Shown piece by piece: positions 8,574 through 19,300 of a stretch of 64,000 nucleotides of DNA; within the stretch, counting starts at the first letter, position 1; every line of letters begins with the position of its first letter. The stretch is taken from positions 1,184,001 through 1,248,000 of the forward strand of contig CAVXRD010000001.1 of assembly GCA_963764165.1 (NCBI GenBank), in the 5' to 3' direction. Below the pieces are notes generated by a model that was given only the letters and a program-made list of their open reading frames with translations, was not told the origin of the DNA and did no database searches. Made by a program: the position numbers and the translations under genes. This DNA is from an uncultured Verrucomicrobiae bacterium (GTDB lineage Bacteria; Verrucomicrobiota; Verrucomicrobiia; Limisphaerales; Palsa-1400).

Positions 8574-10537
8574 CGCGACCTCCACAGCAAAATCAGCAGC
8601 AGCGCGCAAAAGGCGAGGCCAACGATTCTCAAGTAACGCTGCACCTGCCCATTCTGCAGGCGCGACATCCATTTGCCTGAACGGCGCACCACATCGGTGC
8701 CGACGTCAAAACCGCCATTGACGACTTGTTCGTCAAGAAATCGATTAATCCAAGCCACCCCCAGCGTCAGCCAGCACGCGACCATCACCACGCCGCCAAA
8801 TATAAATGCATCGTACCAGGCAGCGACGACGGCCGCAAAGTGGGTCAAGCGAATGAAAGTGGCTTCATATATTTCATCCACAAAATATTTGCGCCGCAGC
8901 AGATTGAAGAGAGCCGGTTGAGCTCTTTCAATCGGATCCGCCGCGCGTGGAGAGATGGCGGCAGCCTTCGCGTAGATCAAACCACTCGTCACCATCGCGA
9001 CCGCAACCAAGCCGACCGCCACCAGCATCACGGGCAATTGGTGTTCGCCGATTAAGTTGCCAAAATCGAATTTCGCAACGCTGCCTCGCAAATAGGATTG
9101 AAACCATGGCCACGCGGGCGTACCAAAGAATCCCGCCACAACGGCGAACACCGCCAGGATTGACAGAGGCGCAGTCATCGCGAACGAACTTTCGTGCGCA
9201 TGTTGAGCGCTGCCGGAGCCGGCTTTGCCGAAGAAAACGTAGAAAATCTGGCGCGTCATGTAGAACGCGGTGAGAAACGCCGCGGCCAGGCCGAGATAAA
9301 ACGGCGCGCTCGAGACGGGCCATTCGCGCGCGGCGTCAAGTATGGCGTCCTTGCTCCAAAAGCCGGAGAAAAACAGAGGCACGCCGGACAACGCCATCAT
9401 GCCGACAGCGTAGGTGGCAAACGTGACGGGCATGGATTTGCGCAGCGCACCCATCTTGGAAATGTCCTGCTCCTCGTGGCAGCCGTGAATCACGGAACCC
9501 GCGCCGAGAAACAGCAGCGCCTTGAAAAACGCGTGGGTGATCAAGTGAAACATCCCGACCGCCACCCCCCCCACTCCCAATCCAATCATCATGAAGCCCA
9601 GTTGGGAGACGGTCGAATACGCAAGGATGCGTTTGATGTCGTTTTGCGCCACCGCGATGCTGGCTGCAAAAATCGCCGTAATCGCGCCGACCCAAGTGAC
9701 CACATGGAGCGACTGCGGACTCATAATGGGATAGACGCGCGCAATTAAAAAGACACCCGCCGCGACCATCGTCGCCGCGTGAATCAACGCGCTGACCGGC
9801 GTTGGTCCTTCCATCGCGTCCGGGAGCCAGACGTGCAGCGGCACCTGGCCGGATTTTCCGACGGCCCCGCAGAAAATCAAAAGCGAGATAACGGTTGAGG
9901 CAACAAGCCCCGTTTCCAGGCAGCCGTTGCCGCCGTCGAAAAAGAGCAACGTTCCCTTATCCGCATAAAGCCAGAGCATGCCGACGAAAAATCCGAGGTC
10001 GCCGATGCGCGTCGTGATGAATGCTTTCTTGGCTGCCGCGGCCGCGCTTGGTTTTTGGAACCAAAATCCAATCAGAAGATACGAAGCCAGCCCGACCAAT
10101 TCCCAGCACATGAAAAAGAGCAGCAGGCTATTGGCGAAAATCAATCCGAGCATCGCGCCCGCGAACAGCGCCAGAAAACAAAAGAAGCGAGTGAAATTCT
10201 CGTCGTGCTCCATATAGCCAAGACTGAAAACGAAGACAAGCAAGCTGACCAGAGCGACCATCACCGCCATGATCGCGCCGAGTGGATCGAGGACGAAACC
10301 GAGTTGGACAGACGTCGCGCCGAACTCAAACCAGCGGAAATTCCAAACCGCGCGGCCTCCATGCAGCGTCGTCGCAAACGCCGCGCACGCCAGCACAAGC
10401 GAAACGCTGATCGCGACTATGGCCAGTCCCGCACTGAGTTTGCGGCAATGACGCGGCAGCAGCGCCGATAATCCCCCCGCCAGCAGCGGCGCGAACGGAA
10501 TCAGCCAAATGTAAGGGGCCATGGAGTTCATCATCAT
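8570..10537 (-). CDS. nuoL: NADH-quinone oxidoreductase subunit L
   Basis: [68 protein letters not shown]. Confidence 0.96.
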   Translation of the reverse strand: MMMNSMAPYIWLIPFAPLLAGGLSALLPRHCRKLSAGLAIVAISVSLVLACAAFATTLHGGRAVWNFRWFEFGATSVQLGFVLDPLGAIMAVMVALVSLLVFVFSLGYMEHDENFTRFFCFLALFAGAMLGLIFANSLLLFFMCWELVGLASYLLIGFWFQKPSAAAAAKKAFITTRIGDLGFFVGMLWLYADKGTLLFFDGGNGCLETGLVASTVISLLIFCGAVGKSGQVPLHVWLPDAMEGPTPVSALIHAATMVAAGVFLIARVYPIMSPQSLHVVTWVGAITAIFAASIAVAQNDIKRILAYSTVSQLGFMMIGLGVGGVAVGMFHLITHAFFKALLFLGAGSVIHGCHEEQDISKMGALRKSMPVTFATYAVGMMALSGVPLFFSGFWSKDAILDAAREWPVSSAPFYLGLAAAFLTAFYMTRQIFYVFFGKAGSGSAQHAHESSFAMTAPLSILAVFAVVAGFFGTPAWPWFQSYLRGSVAKFDFGNLIGEHQLPVMLVAVGLVAVAMVTSGLIYAKAAAISPRAADPIERAQPALFNLLRRKYFVDEIYEATFIRLTHFAAVVAAWYDAFIFGGVVMVACWLTLGVAWINRFLDEQVVNGGFDVGTDVVRRSGKWMSRLQNGQVQRYLRIVGLAFCALLLILLWRSR

Positions 10538-10848
10538 CCCTTGAGTGAATCCATCCGATCCAATTGAGTCGTGCGGCGATGCCGGTAAATCGCGATGACG
10601 AGCGCAAGCCCCACAGCCGCTTCCGCCGCGCCGATGGCAATCGAGAACAGCACGAACATGAGCCCTGTCATCTTGTTGTCCTGCGGGCCGAAGCGCCAAA
10701 ATGCGATGAAGTTCAGGTTGGCCGCATTCAGCATCAATTCCAGGCCGATGAGAACGATCACCGCATTGCGCCGGGCCAGCGCACCCGCCAGGCCGATGCC
10801 AAATAGCAGCGCCGCGAGGATGAGATAGTTGTTTAGGGGCGCGCTCAT
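10534..10848 (-). CDS. nuoK: NADH-quinone oxidoreductase subunit K
   Basis: [22 protein letters not shown]...[10 protein letters not shown]. Confidence 0.96.
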   Translation of the reverse strand: MSAPLNNYLILAALLFGIGLAGALARRNAVIVLIGLELMLNAANLNFIAFWRFGPQDNKMTGLMFVLFSIAIGAAEAAVGLALVIAIYRHRRTTQLDRMDSLKG

Positions 10849-11366
10849 TTAGTGGCGGGAGGTGGTTTGGCCTCTTCGCGCATGGCGATGACCACGGCTC
10901 CCAACAGTGCGGCTGTCAACAAAAGGCCGACAGTTTCCAGCGGCATAATGTAAAGTGTCATTAATTGCTCGCCGATCTTTCGCACGGGCGCTTCCATGCT
11001 GGGAGCGGCCTGCCGCACGAGTCCGGGGCTTGATTTAATCGCGCCGATCAAACACACGCACACGAGCACAGCCACAAGCGCGCCAACCCATGCCGAAGGC
11101 GAGGTCAAAGCCACGCCGGGATGAATTTCCGTGTTGTGTGTCAATAAAAGTGTGAAGACAATCAGAATCGCCACCGCGCCGACGTAAACGAGAAATTGCG
11201 CGAACCCGGCGAATTGCGCATCGAGTTGCAGATAGATCGCCGCCAATCCGGCGAAAGCGCCCGCCGCGCACAGGGCGCAATGCACAAGATTCCGCAGCGT
11301 CATCGCGCCGATGGCGCCTGCCAGAATCAGAATCGCGCAGGCGAAGAATGGCAGTTCACTCAGCAT
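10845..11366 (-). CDS. nuoJ: NADH-quinone oxidoreductase subunit J
   Basis: [12 protein letters not shown] and [23 protein letters not shown]. Confidence 0.95.
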   Translation of the reverse strand: MLSELPFFACAILILAGAIGAMTLRNLVHCALCAAGAFAGLAAIYLQLDAQFAGFAQFLVYVGAVAILIVFTLLLTHNTEIHPGVALTSPSAWVGALVAVLVCVCLIGAIKSSPGLVRQAAPSMEAPVRKIGEQLMTLYIMPLETVGLLLTAALLGAVVIAMREEAKPPPATK

Positions 11367-12561
11367 ACGTGTATTTTCGCGGCGGCGGCAGTTTCCAGCG
11401 CAAACTCTGGCTCAAAAAATGGCAGGGCAGCGCGATCATCGCCGCGCACACCAGCCAGCGAACCGGAACGGCGGCGGCGGATTGCCAGGCGCCTGACCAA
11501 AACCAAACAGCACCCACGATCAGATTGACGAGCGCCAGCGGCGTCAGGAATCGCCAGGAAAAATTCAACAATTGATCGAGCCGCAAACGCGGCAGCGTAG
11601 CCCGCACCCAGATGAACATGAAAATAATCGCGGCAAATTTCGCCGCAAACCAGATCCACGATGGAATCCATTCCAGCCAGCTAAACGGCGCGTGCCATCC
11701 GCCGAGGAAGAGCGTCACGGCCAGTCCCGTCATGGCGAACAATCCAAGATATTCGCCGAGGAAAAACAGCGCGTATTTGAATCCCGAGTATTCCGTTAGA
11801 AATCCGGCGATGATTTCCGATTCGCCTTCCGGCAAATCGAACGGCGCTCGATTTGCTTCCGCCGTGGCCGCAATTAAAAATAAAAACAGGCCGGCCGCGC
11901 CCCATGGTTTGAAGACGTTCCAGCATTCCAGTCCGCCGAACGTGAGCGCGCCCTGTTGCGCAACGATGTCATTGAGCGAAAGCGATCCGGCCAGCATCAG
12001 CACCGGAACCGCCGAGAGAATCAGCGGCACTTCGTAACTGATCATCTGCGCGATGGCGCGCATCGCGCCGACCAGCGAGTATTTATTCTGGCTCGACCAG
12101 CCCGCCATGAACACCGCGAGTTCTGATCCCGAGCCGATGGCGAAGAAAAACAGAATGCCCGCGTCAAGATCAATGGCTGTCATGTTGCGCCCGAACGGCA
12201 GCACGGAAAACGCCAGCCAAACCGGAACCGTCAGCGCGAGGGGCGCGAGAAAATGCAGCGGCTTGTCGGCGGAAAATGGAACGATGTCTTCCTTGGTGAG
12301 CATCTTAAGTCCGTCAGCCATCGGCTGCAACAAACCCCACGGGCCTACACGATTTGGGCCGTAACGGTTTTGCATGCGCCCGAGGAGCTTGCGCTCGGCT
12401 AAAGTTGTGATGGCGAACGCGCCTCCGAAGACTCCCATGGTTGCGGCGATGGCCAGCACGGCGAGCACCCACGGCTGCATCGTGGCTGGGAACCAGCCGG
12501 AAATCACGTGGCCAAGCGAAACAAAAATTTGATCGCCGCTGCTCCAGTAAGTAACGCTCAT
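11356..12561 (-). CDS. nuoH: NADH-quinone oxidoreductase subunit H
   Basis: ERKLLGRMQNRYGPNRVGP, ADGLKMLTKED, NRAPFDLPEGESEIIAGF. Confidence 0.96.
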   Translation of the reverse strand: MSVTYWSSGDQIFVSLGHVISGWFPATMQPWVLAVLAIAATMGVFGGAFAITTLAERKLLGRMQNRYGPNRVGPWGLLQPMADGLKMLTKEDIVPFSADKPLHFLAPLALTVPVWLAFSVLPFGRNMTAIDLDAGILFFFAIGSGSELAVFMAGWSSQNKYSLVGAMRAIAQMISYEVPLILSAVPVLMLAGSLSLNDIVAQQGALTFGGLECWNVFKPWGAAGLFLFLIAATAEANRAPFDLPEGESEIIAGFLTEYSGFKYALFFLGEYLGLFAMTGLAVTLFLGGWHAPFSWLEWIPSWIWFAAKFAAIIFMFIWVRATLPRLRLDQLLNFSWRFLTPLALVNLIVGAVWFWSGAWQSAAAVPVRWLVCAAMIALPCHFLSQSLRWKLPPPRKYTYAE

Positions 12562-13163
12562 TTCGCACCTCCGGGCGGTGGCGCAGCAGCGGCAGGCGCG
12601 GGTTTCGGGGCGGCGGCTTTGGCTGCTGCAGCGGCTTCGGCTTTTTTCTTGTCCTCTTCGCGGCGGACGTCGATTTCGCCGGCTTCGGTTTTGTGCAACT
12701 TGTTGAAATAGTCGTTGGGCTTGGCGAGTTGCGTTTTGTCCAACAGCAAGCCCGCAAAACGATCCCTGGTGCTTAGCTCGAAAACCTGATCCATTTTAAT
12801 CGCGTCGAACGGACAGACTTCAGCGCAGATGCCGCAGCTCATGCAGACGGAAATATCAATATCGAACACTTTGGGCTGCATCTGCAATTTGCCGACGTAA
12901 TCAGGCTTCTTGACTGCGTCTTTCACTATGTAAATGCACTGCGGCGGGCACTCCTTTTCGCAAATCATGCAGGCAGTGCAGCGCAATCCGGCCATTGGAT
13001 CGCTGCCGTCAAATACAAGGAACGGAATTGTGCGCGCGTTCTCGACCGGCGCGAGCCGCTCCTCTGGATATTGGATGGTGGTGAGGCGCTCTTTGTCGTG
13101 GAAACTTCCGGCGAAATTCCGCGCCGTCTCCACCAAGCCTTTGATGATGCCCGAGCCGTTCAT
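12558..13163 (-). CDS. nuoI: NADH-quinone oxidoreductase subunit I (2x[4Fe-4S])
   Basis: TIQYPEE, CTACMICEKECP, CMSCGICAEVCP; start MNGSG overlaps the nuoD stop. Confidence 0.92.
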   Translation of the reverse strand: MNGSGIIKGLVETARNFAGSFHDKERLTTIQYPEERLAPVENARTIPFLVFDGSDPMAGLRCTACMICEKECPPQCIYIVKDAVKKPDYVGKLQMQPKVFDIDISVCMSCGICAEVCPFDAIKMDQVFELSTRDRFAGLLLDKTQLAKPNDYFNKLHKTEAGEIDVRREEDKKKAEAAAAAKAAAPKPAPAAAAPPPGGAK

Positions 13164-14296
13164 TAGCGATCCACCTCTCCGAGGACAATATCCACGCTTC
13201 CCAAAATGACGACCGCGTCGGCAATGGTCTGGCCAATGCACATATCCTCCAACACCGTCAAATTAATCAAACTCGGCGGACGCACTCGGTAGCGGTAGGG
13301 ATTCGGCCCGCCGTCGCTGATCAAATAAAATCCAAGCTCACCCTTCGGCCCTTCGATGCGCCCATAAGCCTCGCCCGCCTTGGGGCGCAGGTTCCGCAAT
13401 TTGGATTTCGGATCCATGATCGGCCCGGCTGGAATGTCCCGCAGCGCCTGATCGAGAATCTTGAGCGATTCGCGCATTTCCAAAATGCGAATCATGTAGC
13501 GGTCAAACACATCGCCGCGCTCGCCGAGCGGGACGCGAAAATTGAACCGCCCATACACGCCATATTTGTCGACCTTGCGGATGTCATAATTGACGCCGCA
13601 CGCCCGCAGCATTGGCCCGGTGACGCCGGCGCTGACGGCCAATTTCGGCGTGAGCACGCCAACGCCTTCGGTGCGCGCCTTCAAAATTTCGTTGCCCGTC
13701 AGCAACGCTTCGAATTCTTCCAGGAATTTCGGAAAATTCGCGACGACGAGTCGAGCCTGCTCTATCCAGCCCGGCGGAAGATCGCAGCGGCAGCCGCCGA
13801 AACGCATGTAATTGCACATCATGCGAGCGCCGGTCAGCGACTCAAAAAGGTCAAGTATTTTTTCCCGCTCGCGGAAGGCATACATCAGTGGCGTCCCGAG
13901 CGCGCCCATGTCCTGCAGCAAAAATCCCGCGAGCGCCGAGTGGTTGATAAGGCGGGTGAGTTCGGCAAGGATGACCCGGATGTATTCGGCGCGCTCCGGC
14001 GGCGTCAACCCGGCCATTCTCTCCACCGTCATGCAGTAGGCCCAATTGTTTGTCAGCGAACAGATGTAATCCAATCGGTCCGTGTAAGGAATGGAAGCGA
14101 GGTAGCTGCATTTTTCCGCGATTTTTTCGTGATTGCGGTGCAGGTAGCCGAAGACCGGCTTCAATTTCACCACCGTCTCGCCATCGAGCGCGACATCCAT
14201 CCGAAACACGCCGTGGGTCGACGGATGCTGCGGACCCATCGAAATTTCCAGCAGTTGCCGGTCGGGCGATTCAGCGGGAAGGACGGTCGCGTTCAT
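13163..14296 (-). CDS. nuoD: NADH-quinone oxidoreductase subunit D
   Basis: [43 protein letters not shown]; no Ni-binding CxxC pairs. Confidence 0.96.
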   Translation of the reverse strand: MNATVLPAESPDRQLLEISMGPQHPSTHGVFRMDVALDGETVVKLKPVFGYLHRNHEKIAEKCSYLASIPYTDRLDYICSLTNNWAYCMTVERMAGLTPPERAEYIRVILAELTRLINHSALAGFLLQDMGALGTPLMYAFREREKILDLFESLTGARMMCNYMRFGGCRCDLPPGWIEQARLVVANFPKFLEEFEALLTGNEILKARTEGVGVLTPKLAVSAGVTGPMLRACGVNYDIRKVDKYGVYGRFNFRVPLGERGDVFDRYMIRILEMRESLKILDQALRDIPAGPIMDPKSKLRNLRPKAGEAYGRIEGPKGELGFYLISDGGPNPYRYRVRPPSLINLTVLEDMCIGQTIADAVVILGSVDIVLGEVDR

Positions 14297-14925
14297 GCGG
14301 GCGAGCCTCCGGGGTAGTGCTGCTTGGCGCGAGTCAAAACGGCGTCGTGCGGCGTCGGCTCGTATTCGTAATCGTCGGGCTCGACGTAATCCTTGCGCAT
14401 CGGGTGGTCGGTGAATTCATCCCACATGAGAATGCGGCGCAAATCCGGATGGCCTTCAAAAATTATCCCGTATAAGTCAAAAATTTCGCGCTCCTGAAAA
14501 TCGCAACTGCGCCAGACCGGCGTCAGCGAAGGCAGCGTCACTTTGTCCGTGCGATTTTCCGTGCGCATCCGGATGATGACGGGGCCGTGCTTGAGCGCCA
14601 TCGAATAAAGGTGATAAACGGCCTCAAGATAAGCGGGTGTTTTCTTTTCGACTGTCTCTTCAACTTCCTTCTCCACGCCATCGACCGTCTTCTTGACCTT
14701 GATTTTTTCCTTCAGCGTTTTTTCGGGCCAATCCACGCCGGTGACGTTGGAAGCGTAATCGAATTGCAAGGCCGGGTCGTCGCGCAAAAATTCGGCCAAC
14801 TTGCGCGCCGCGGCGGACTCGACCAGCAGCGATGGCTGATTGGCCGCGCTGCCATTGGGAATAATTTCCAATCTGGCGCCGACGGCGGCTTCGATGCGAG
14901 CCTTCAATTGTTCGAGAGGTTCCAT
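14293..14925 (-). CDS. nuoC: NADH-quinone oxidoreductase subunit C
   Basis: [24 protein letters not shown]...HPMRKDY. Confidence 0.94.
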   Translation of the reverse strand: MEPLEQLKARIEAAVGARLEIIPNGSAANQPSLLVESAAARKLAEFLRDDPALQFDYASNVTGVDWPEKTLKEKIKVKKTVDGVEKEVEETVEKKTPAYLEAVYHLYSMALKHGPVIIRMRTENRTDKVTLPSLTPVWRSCDFQEREIFDLYGIIFEGHPDLRRILMWDEFTDHPMRKDYVEPDDYEYEPTPHDAVLTRAKQHYPGGSPA

Positions 14926-14955
14926 CAGAATTTGCACACCCCTGTCCGCTCCAAG

Positions 14956-15056
14956 GTAGGGACGCCTCGCCGAGGCGTCCGGTTGCGTGGGGACATGTTT
15001 AACGCGTTGCGCGTAAATAACGCCTCAACCCGGACGCCTCGGCGAGGCGTCCCTAC
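14956..15056. repeat. REPIN family A doublet inside the nuo operon (between nuoB and nuoC)
   Basis: Two intact inverted gtagggacgcctcgccgaggcgtcc units. Confidence 0.92.
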
Positions 15057-15088
15057 CAGCGTTGGGTTTGCGAAAGTCTTTATCGCTG

Positions 15089-15706
15089 TCATTCCTTGCG
15101 CTCCATCGGCGGCGGCTGCCACAAGGCGGGATTGTTGGGCGGTTCCAAATCGTGTTTGCCGAATTCCGGGATGGGGAATTCGCCCGGCGCATCCGCGTTC
15201 AGGTGTCGCGGGCGCTGTTCGCCGGTGAGGTGCTGCTTGGAAATTTTCTCCTGCAACGCCATCAACGCCTGCAGCAACGCCTCCGGGCGCGGCGGGCAAC
15301 CGGGAATATGTATATCCACCGGAACATAACGATCGATGCCCTTGAGGACGTTGTAACCTTCCTTGAACGGACCGCCGGAAATCGCGCAAACGCCCATCGC
15401 AATGACGTATTTGGGCTCCGGCATCTGGTTGTAGAGCCGGACAATTTGCGGAGCCATCTTCTTGGTGACGGTTCCGGCCACGATCATTAGATCCGCCTGG
15501 CGCGGCGAGGGCCGAAACACTTCCGCCCCAAACCGCGCGATGTCGAAACGAGCCATAGAGGTCGCGATCATTTCAATGGCGCAACAGGCGAGTCCGAACT
15601 GGAGCGGCCAAAGCGAATTCTTGCGGCCCCAATTGTAAAGCTCTTCGATAGTCGTGGCCACCACGCCCTGGCGGCTGAGTTCGTTGCGGAGTCCTTCGTC
15701 AATCAT
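15089..15706 (-). CDS. nuoB: NADH-quinone oxidoreductase subunit B
   Basis: [40 protein letters not shown]. Confidence 0.97.
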   Translation of the reverse strand: MIDEGLRNELSRQGVVATTIEELYNWGRKNSLWPLQFGLACCAIEMIATSMARFDIARFGAEVFRPSPRQADLMIVAGTVTKKMAPQIVRLYNQMPEPKYVIAMGVCAISGGPFKEGYNVLKGIDRYVPVDIHIPGCPPRPEALLQALMALQEKISKQHLTGEQRPRHLNADAPGEFPIPEFGKHDLEPPNNPALWQPPPMERKE

Positions 15707-15713
15707 AATTAAA

Positions 15714-16085
15714 TCATCTTCGGAGGACGACCCCTTTCACACACAACCAGACCAATCCCTCGACCAGCAGGAGGACAAAAAGCAGCATGCCGATGCACGC
15801 GCCCACCGGAAGCCCCTTGAAAGCCGCCGCAAAGGGCAAAAGAAAGATCGATTCGACGTCGAAGACGAGAAACACGATGCCGTAGAGATAGTATTCGGAT
15901 TGAAATTGCACCCAGCCGGTGGCCTTGGAGTCCAGCCCGCATTCGTAATTGGCGTTTTTCACCGGGCCGGATTTGCGCGGGGAAAATTTCTTGGCCCAAA
16001 GCCAGGCCAGAGCAAGAGGAGTGATCCCTGCCAGGATACCGAAGACCGCAAAGAGCGTCAGAAATGAGTATGGGCCAACTTTCAT
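15714..16085 (-). CDS. nuoA: NADH-quinone oxidoreductase subunit A
   Basis: KNANYECG...[20 protein letters not shown]; start placed at MKVGPY. Confidence 0.93.
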   Translation of the reverse strand: MKVGPYSFLTLFAVFGILAGITPLALAWLWAKKFSPRKSGPVKNANYECGLDSKATGWVQFQSEYYLYGIVFLVFDVESIFLLPFAAAFKGLPVGACIGMLLFVLLLVEGLVWLCVKGVVLRR

Positions 16086-16341
16086 TCGGTCGCACTCAAA
16101 TGCCTCACAAATGAGGCGCTGGCAAGAACGAAAAAGGCGTCCAGCCACTGGCATAAATGACGTTTCATGCTGGGATAAGCGTGAGCCATCCCCAGGCATC
16201 CCCTCTCGCTCTTTCTTGCGATTTTAAAGCCAAGTCTTGTTTTGTTCCGTTGAATGCCTCATCTGTGGGAAAAAGCTGGCGGGGGCGCACTTATGCAGCT
16301 TAAGCAACCGGAGCCGTGGCAATGCCCAAAAACGCCAAACG

Positions 16342-19300
16342 CTATGGCGCCGCGATTAGAGCGAAGAACTGCTCCGCATTCGTGCCGACCGCAAAGGTGA
16401 CCGTGTTATTGGTTCCAATGACGGCGATGCCGTTGGTCACGGGTGACCAGACGGAGGGCTGACTGAGGTTTGTCGTCTGGCTCAACACAAATCCGGTCAG
16501 GTTCGTTGGCCACGAAAAAACGAGATTGGGGAAATTGTTGGAAAATTGCAGCGTCGGCACGGTGATGCTGGCCGCTAGATTAGTCGGTTGTATTAGAACG
16601 TAATTAGAAGCACTGGCTCCGCCAAGGGTCATTCCGCTCACGATCACGGCGATGTTGCTGCCCGGAGCTGCCTGGGCGAAATTGGCGATGTAACCGTTGG
16701 TGTTCAACGCCACGGCGCCGCCACCGAAAATGCCCGCCAAAACCACATTGTTGGAAGTGAGCGTTGCGGTCGTCGTCCGGTCATAGATTTTACTATTCGC
16801 CGCAAGGCCGGAAATGACGGTCACCGGCGCTGGGACGATCTTCAGCGACGTTGCGCCGTTGGAGGCCGAGGAGAAACCGGAATCGCCGGCGTAGGAATAG
16901 CTTATCGGCAGCGAATTGCTGCTGGCGGGAAGCACGGGCAACGTGAAATTAATGGCAAAATCGCCGGTGCTGTCGTCAATAGTCGTGGTTTGGGTGTTCC
17001 CGTTGATGGTCACCGAGATCGTTTCGCCTTGGGCGGGATAAGCAGCCGCACTCGCCTCGCCGACTTTGCCGGTCAGCACGACGTTGGTCGTCCCGTAAGT
17101 GATCGATGTGCTGGCAGCCAAGCCCGAGAAAGACGGCGTGGCTTCGATCACTTGCTGGACCGGCTCAAAGCCAAACACCGTGCCATAGCCGTAACCGCCA
17201 ACCTCTCCACTTGCCCCAAAAAGGTTGAAGCCTGATTGCAGTAATCCGGACTGCAGCCGCCCTCCGTAGTTGTAGCCTGGGATGCCCCCCGACAACTCCG
17301 CGAAATTATACAAGGTGTTGAACGCAGAGCCATTGGTGGCAACCGAAAATGCCGTGCCAGAGCCTTTGCTCCCACCGGAAAAGGTCGTCCCGTAGAAATT
17401 GGTTCCCGATAAAAAAAGGGAGGCCTCGGGATATTCGCCATCGGAGCCGTTGAATCCATGGACGACAGTGAACCCCGTGCCATTGGTGGTGATCGAGAAA
17501 ACCGTGCCATCACTGTGCGCGCCATTACGACCACCTGTGACGCCCGACGCCGTGCCATAGAGTGTGCTGCCCAATAAGATCATCGCGGCCTGCGGCCCAG
17601 CTCCGTCGACGCCGTTTGTGAAATTGTAAAGGGTCGTGAAGGCCGTGCCGTTGGTTGTGACGGAAAAGATCGTGCCGTAGTTCGAACTGCCGCCTTCAAG
17701 AGCCGTTCCGTAAAGGGTGTTGCCCGACAAAATCAATCCAGCCTCCGGATAGGCTCCGTCGGCATTGGTTCCAGGGTCGTCAGTGCCAGGAATAATGTCC
17801 GTCGTGAAACTATGCAGGATCGTGAAGCCCGTGCCATTAGTCGTCAGAGAGAAGACTGTCCCACTGCCGCCACTGCCCTCGGACGCCGCCGTTCCATAGA
17901 GGGTGTAGCCAGATAAAACCAAGGAGGCCATGGGATGGTATCCGTCGGTGTTGTTGGTGAACCTATGCAGGGTCGCAAATCCCGCGCCATTGGTGCTGAT
18001 CGAGAAAATCGTAGCAGAGGTGCCGGCTTCGCCGGAGGCCGTCCCATACAGGGTTGCACCAGATAGAACCAATCCCGCGCAGGGAAAACTCCCATCGGCG
18101 CCGTTGGTAAACGTATACAGTATTGTGAATCCCGTGCCGTTTGTGTTAATGGAAAAGATCGTGCCGTAGTTGTTCGAACTCGCCCCTTCGGCTGAGGTCG
18201 TCCCATACAAGGTGCCGCCCGCTAAAACCAAGTTGCCTAACGGATCGGCCCCGTCCACACCGTTGGTGAAGACATACAGGTTTACCAAGCCTGGAGGCAA
18301 TGCTCCATTGGCGGGGAAGTAATTCCCGTCTCCGCTGTAGGCCGCAGTAACGGTGTAATTGCCAACCGGCAGGGTTGTTGGCAGGGCCGGGCTTTTGGCA
18401 ATCCCGCCGGAAAGAGCCGCCGCCGCGCCGAAGTTCACCCCATTGGTTTGAAATTGGACCGTTCCCGTTGGCGCCACGCCGACACCCGTCACATTCGCTT
18501 GGAAGGTCACGCCGGTCTGCCCGTAGACCGATGGGTTGGAAGAGGAAGCCAACACCATCGCACTGTTAGTTTGGCCGACCACGACGCTGACGTTGGTAGT
18601 GGCGGTGCCATAATCATTTGTATCCGCCGGGGTGAATGTCACGCTTTCGGAATTGGTGCCTGCGGCGGGCACGGTCGCAGGCGAGGTGAAGGCAAACGTT
18701 CCCGGCACGCTCGCCGACCCTCCGCTGAGGACCGAATTGCTCAGGGCCTGCCCGTAATTGAGGGGGGAGGCGGAGGGCGCCGCCGTAATCGAAGGCGGAG
18801 GCTTGGCGTTTACTACGACAATGACGTTGGTGACGGCGGTGGTGTAATCGGTCAAGTCCGCAGGTGTGAAAGTGACGCTCTCGGAATTCGCGCCTGTGCC
18901 GGGCACAGTTGCAGGCGACGTGAAAGCAAAGGTCCCGGAAGTATCCGCAGCCCCTCCACTAAGGACCGAATTGCTCAAGGCCTGGCCGTAAATGAGGGCG
19001 GAGGCGTTGGGCAACGTCGTGATCAAAGGTGTGGCCCGGCTCACAACTTGTTGTCCAGAGCTTAATTGAAGATCGAATACTGTGCCCGAGCCCACACTGC
19101 CGCCCTCGGAAGCCGTTCCATAAAAGGTGTCTCCAGATTGAATCAAACCGGCGTTCGGAGAAGCTCCATCAGCGCCATTGGTGAAGCTATATATGGCTGC
19201 AAAGCCTGTGCCATTGGTGACGACGGAAAAGACCGTGCCATCCATCGAGGCGCCGCCGCTATAAGCCGTCCCGTAGAGGGTGTTGCCCGATAAAACCAGC

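Noticed and set aside
14925..15389. ORF with VGTPRRGVR repeats (also seen in ORFs near 2833, 3845 and 46335)
   Set aside because: The peptide is simply the translation of REP-A.
13163..15706. Group 4 NiFe hydrogenase interpretation of the EFG-less operon
   Set aside because: The large subunit lacks both CxxC Ni ligands and ends in GEVDR, and nuoA and nuoJ are present.
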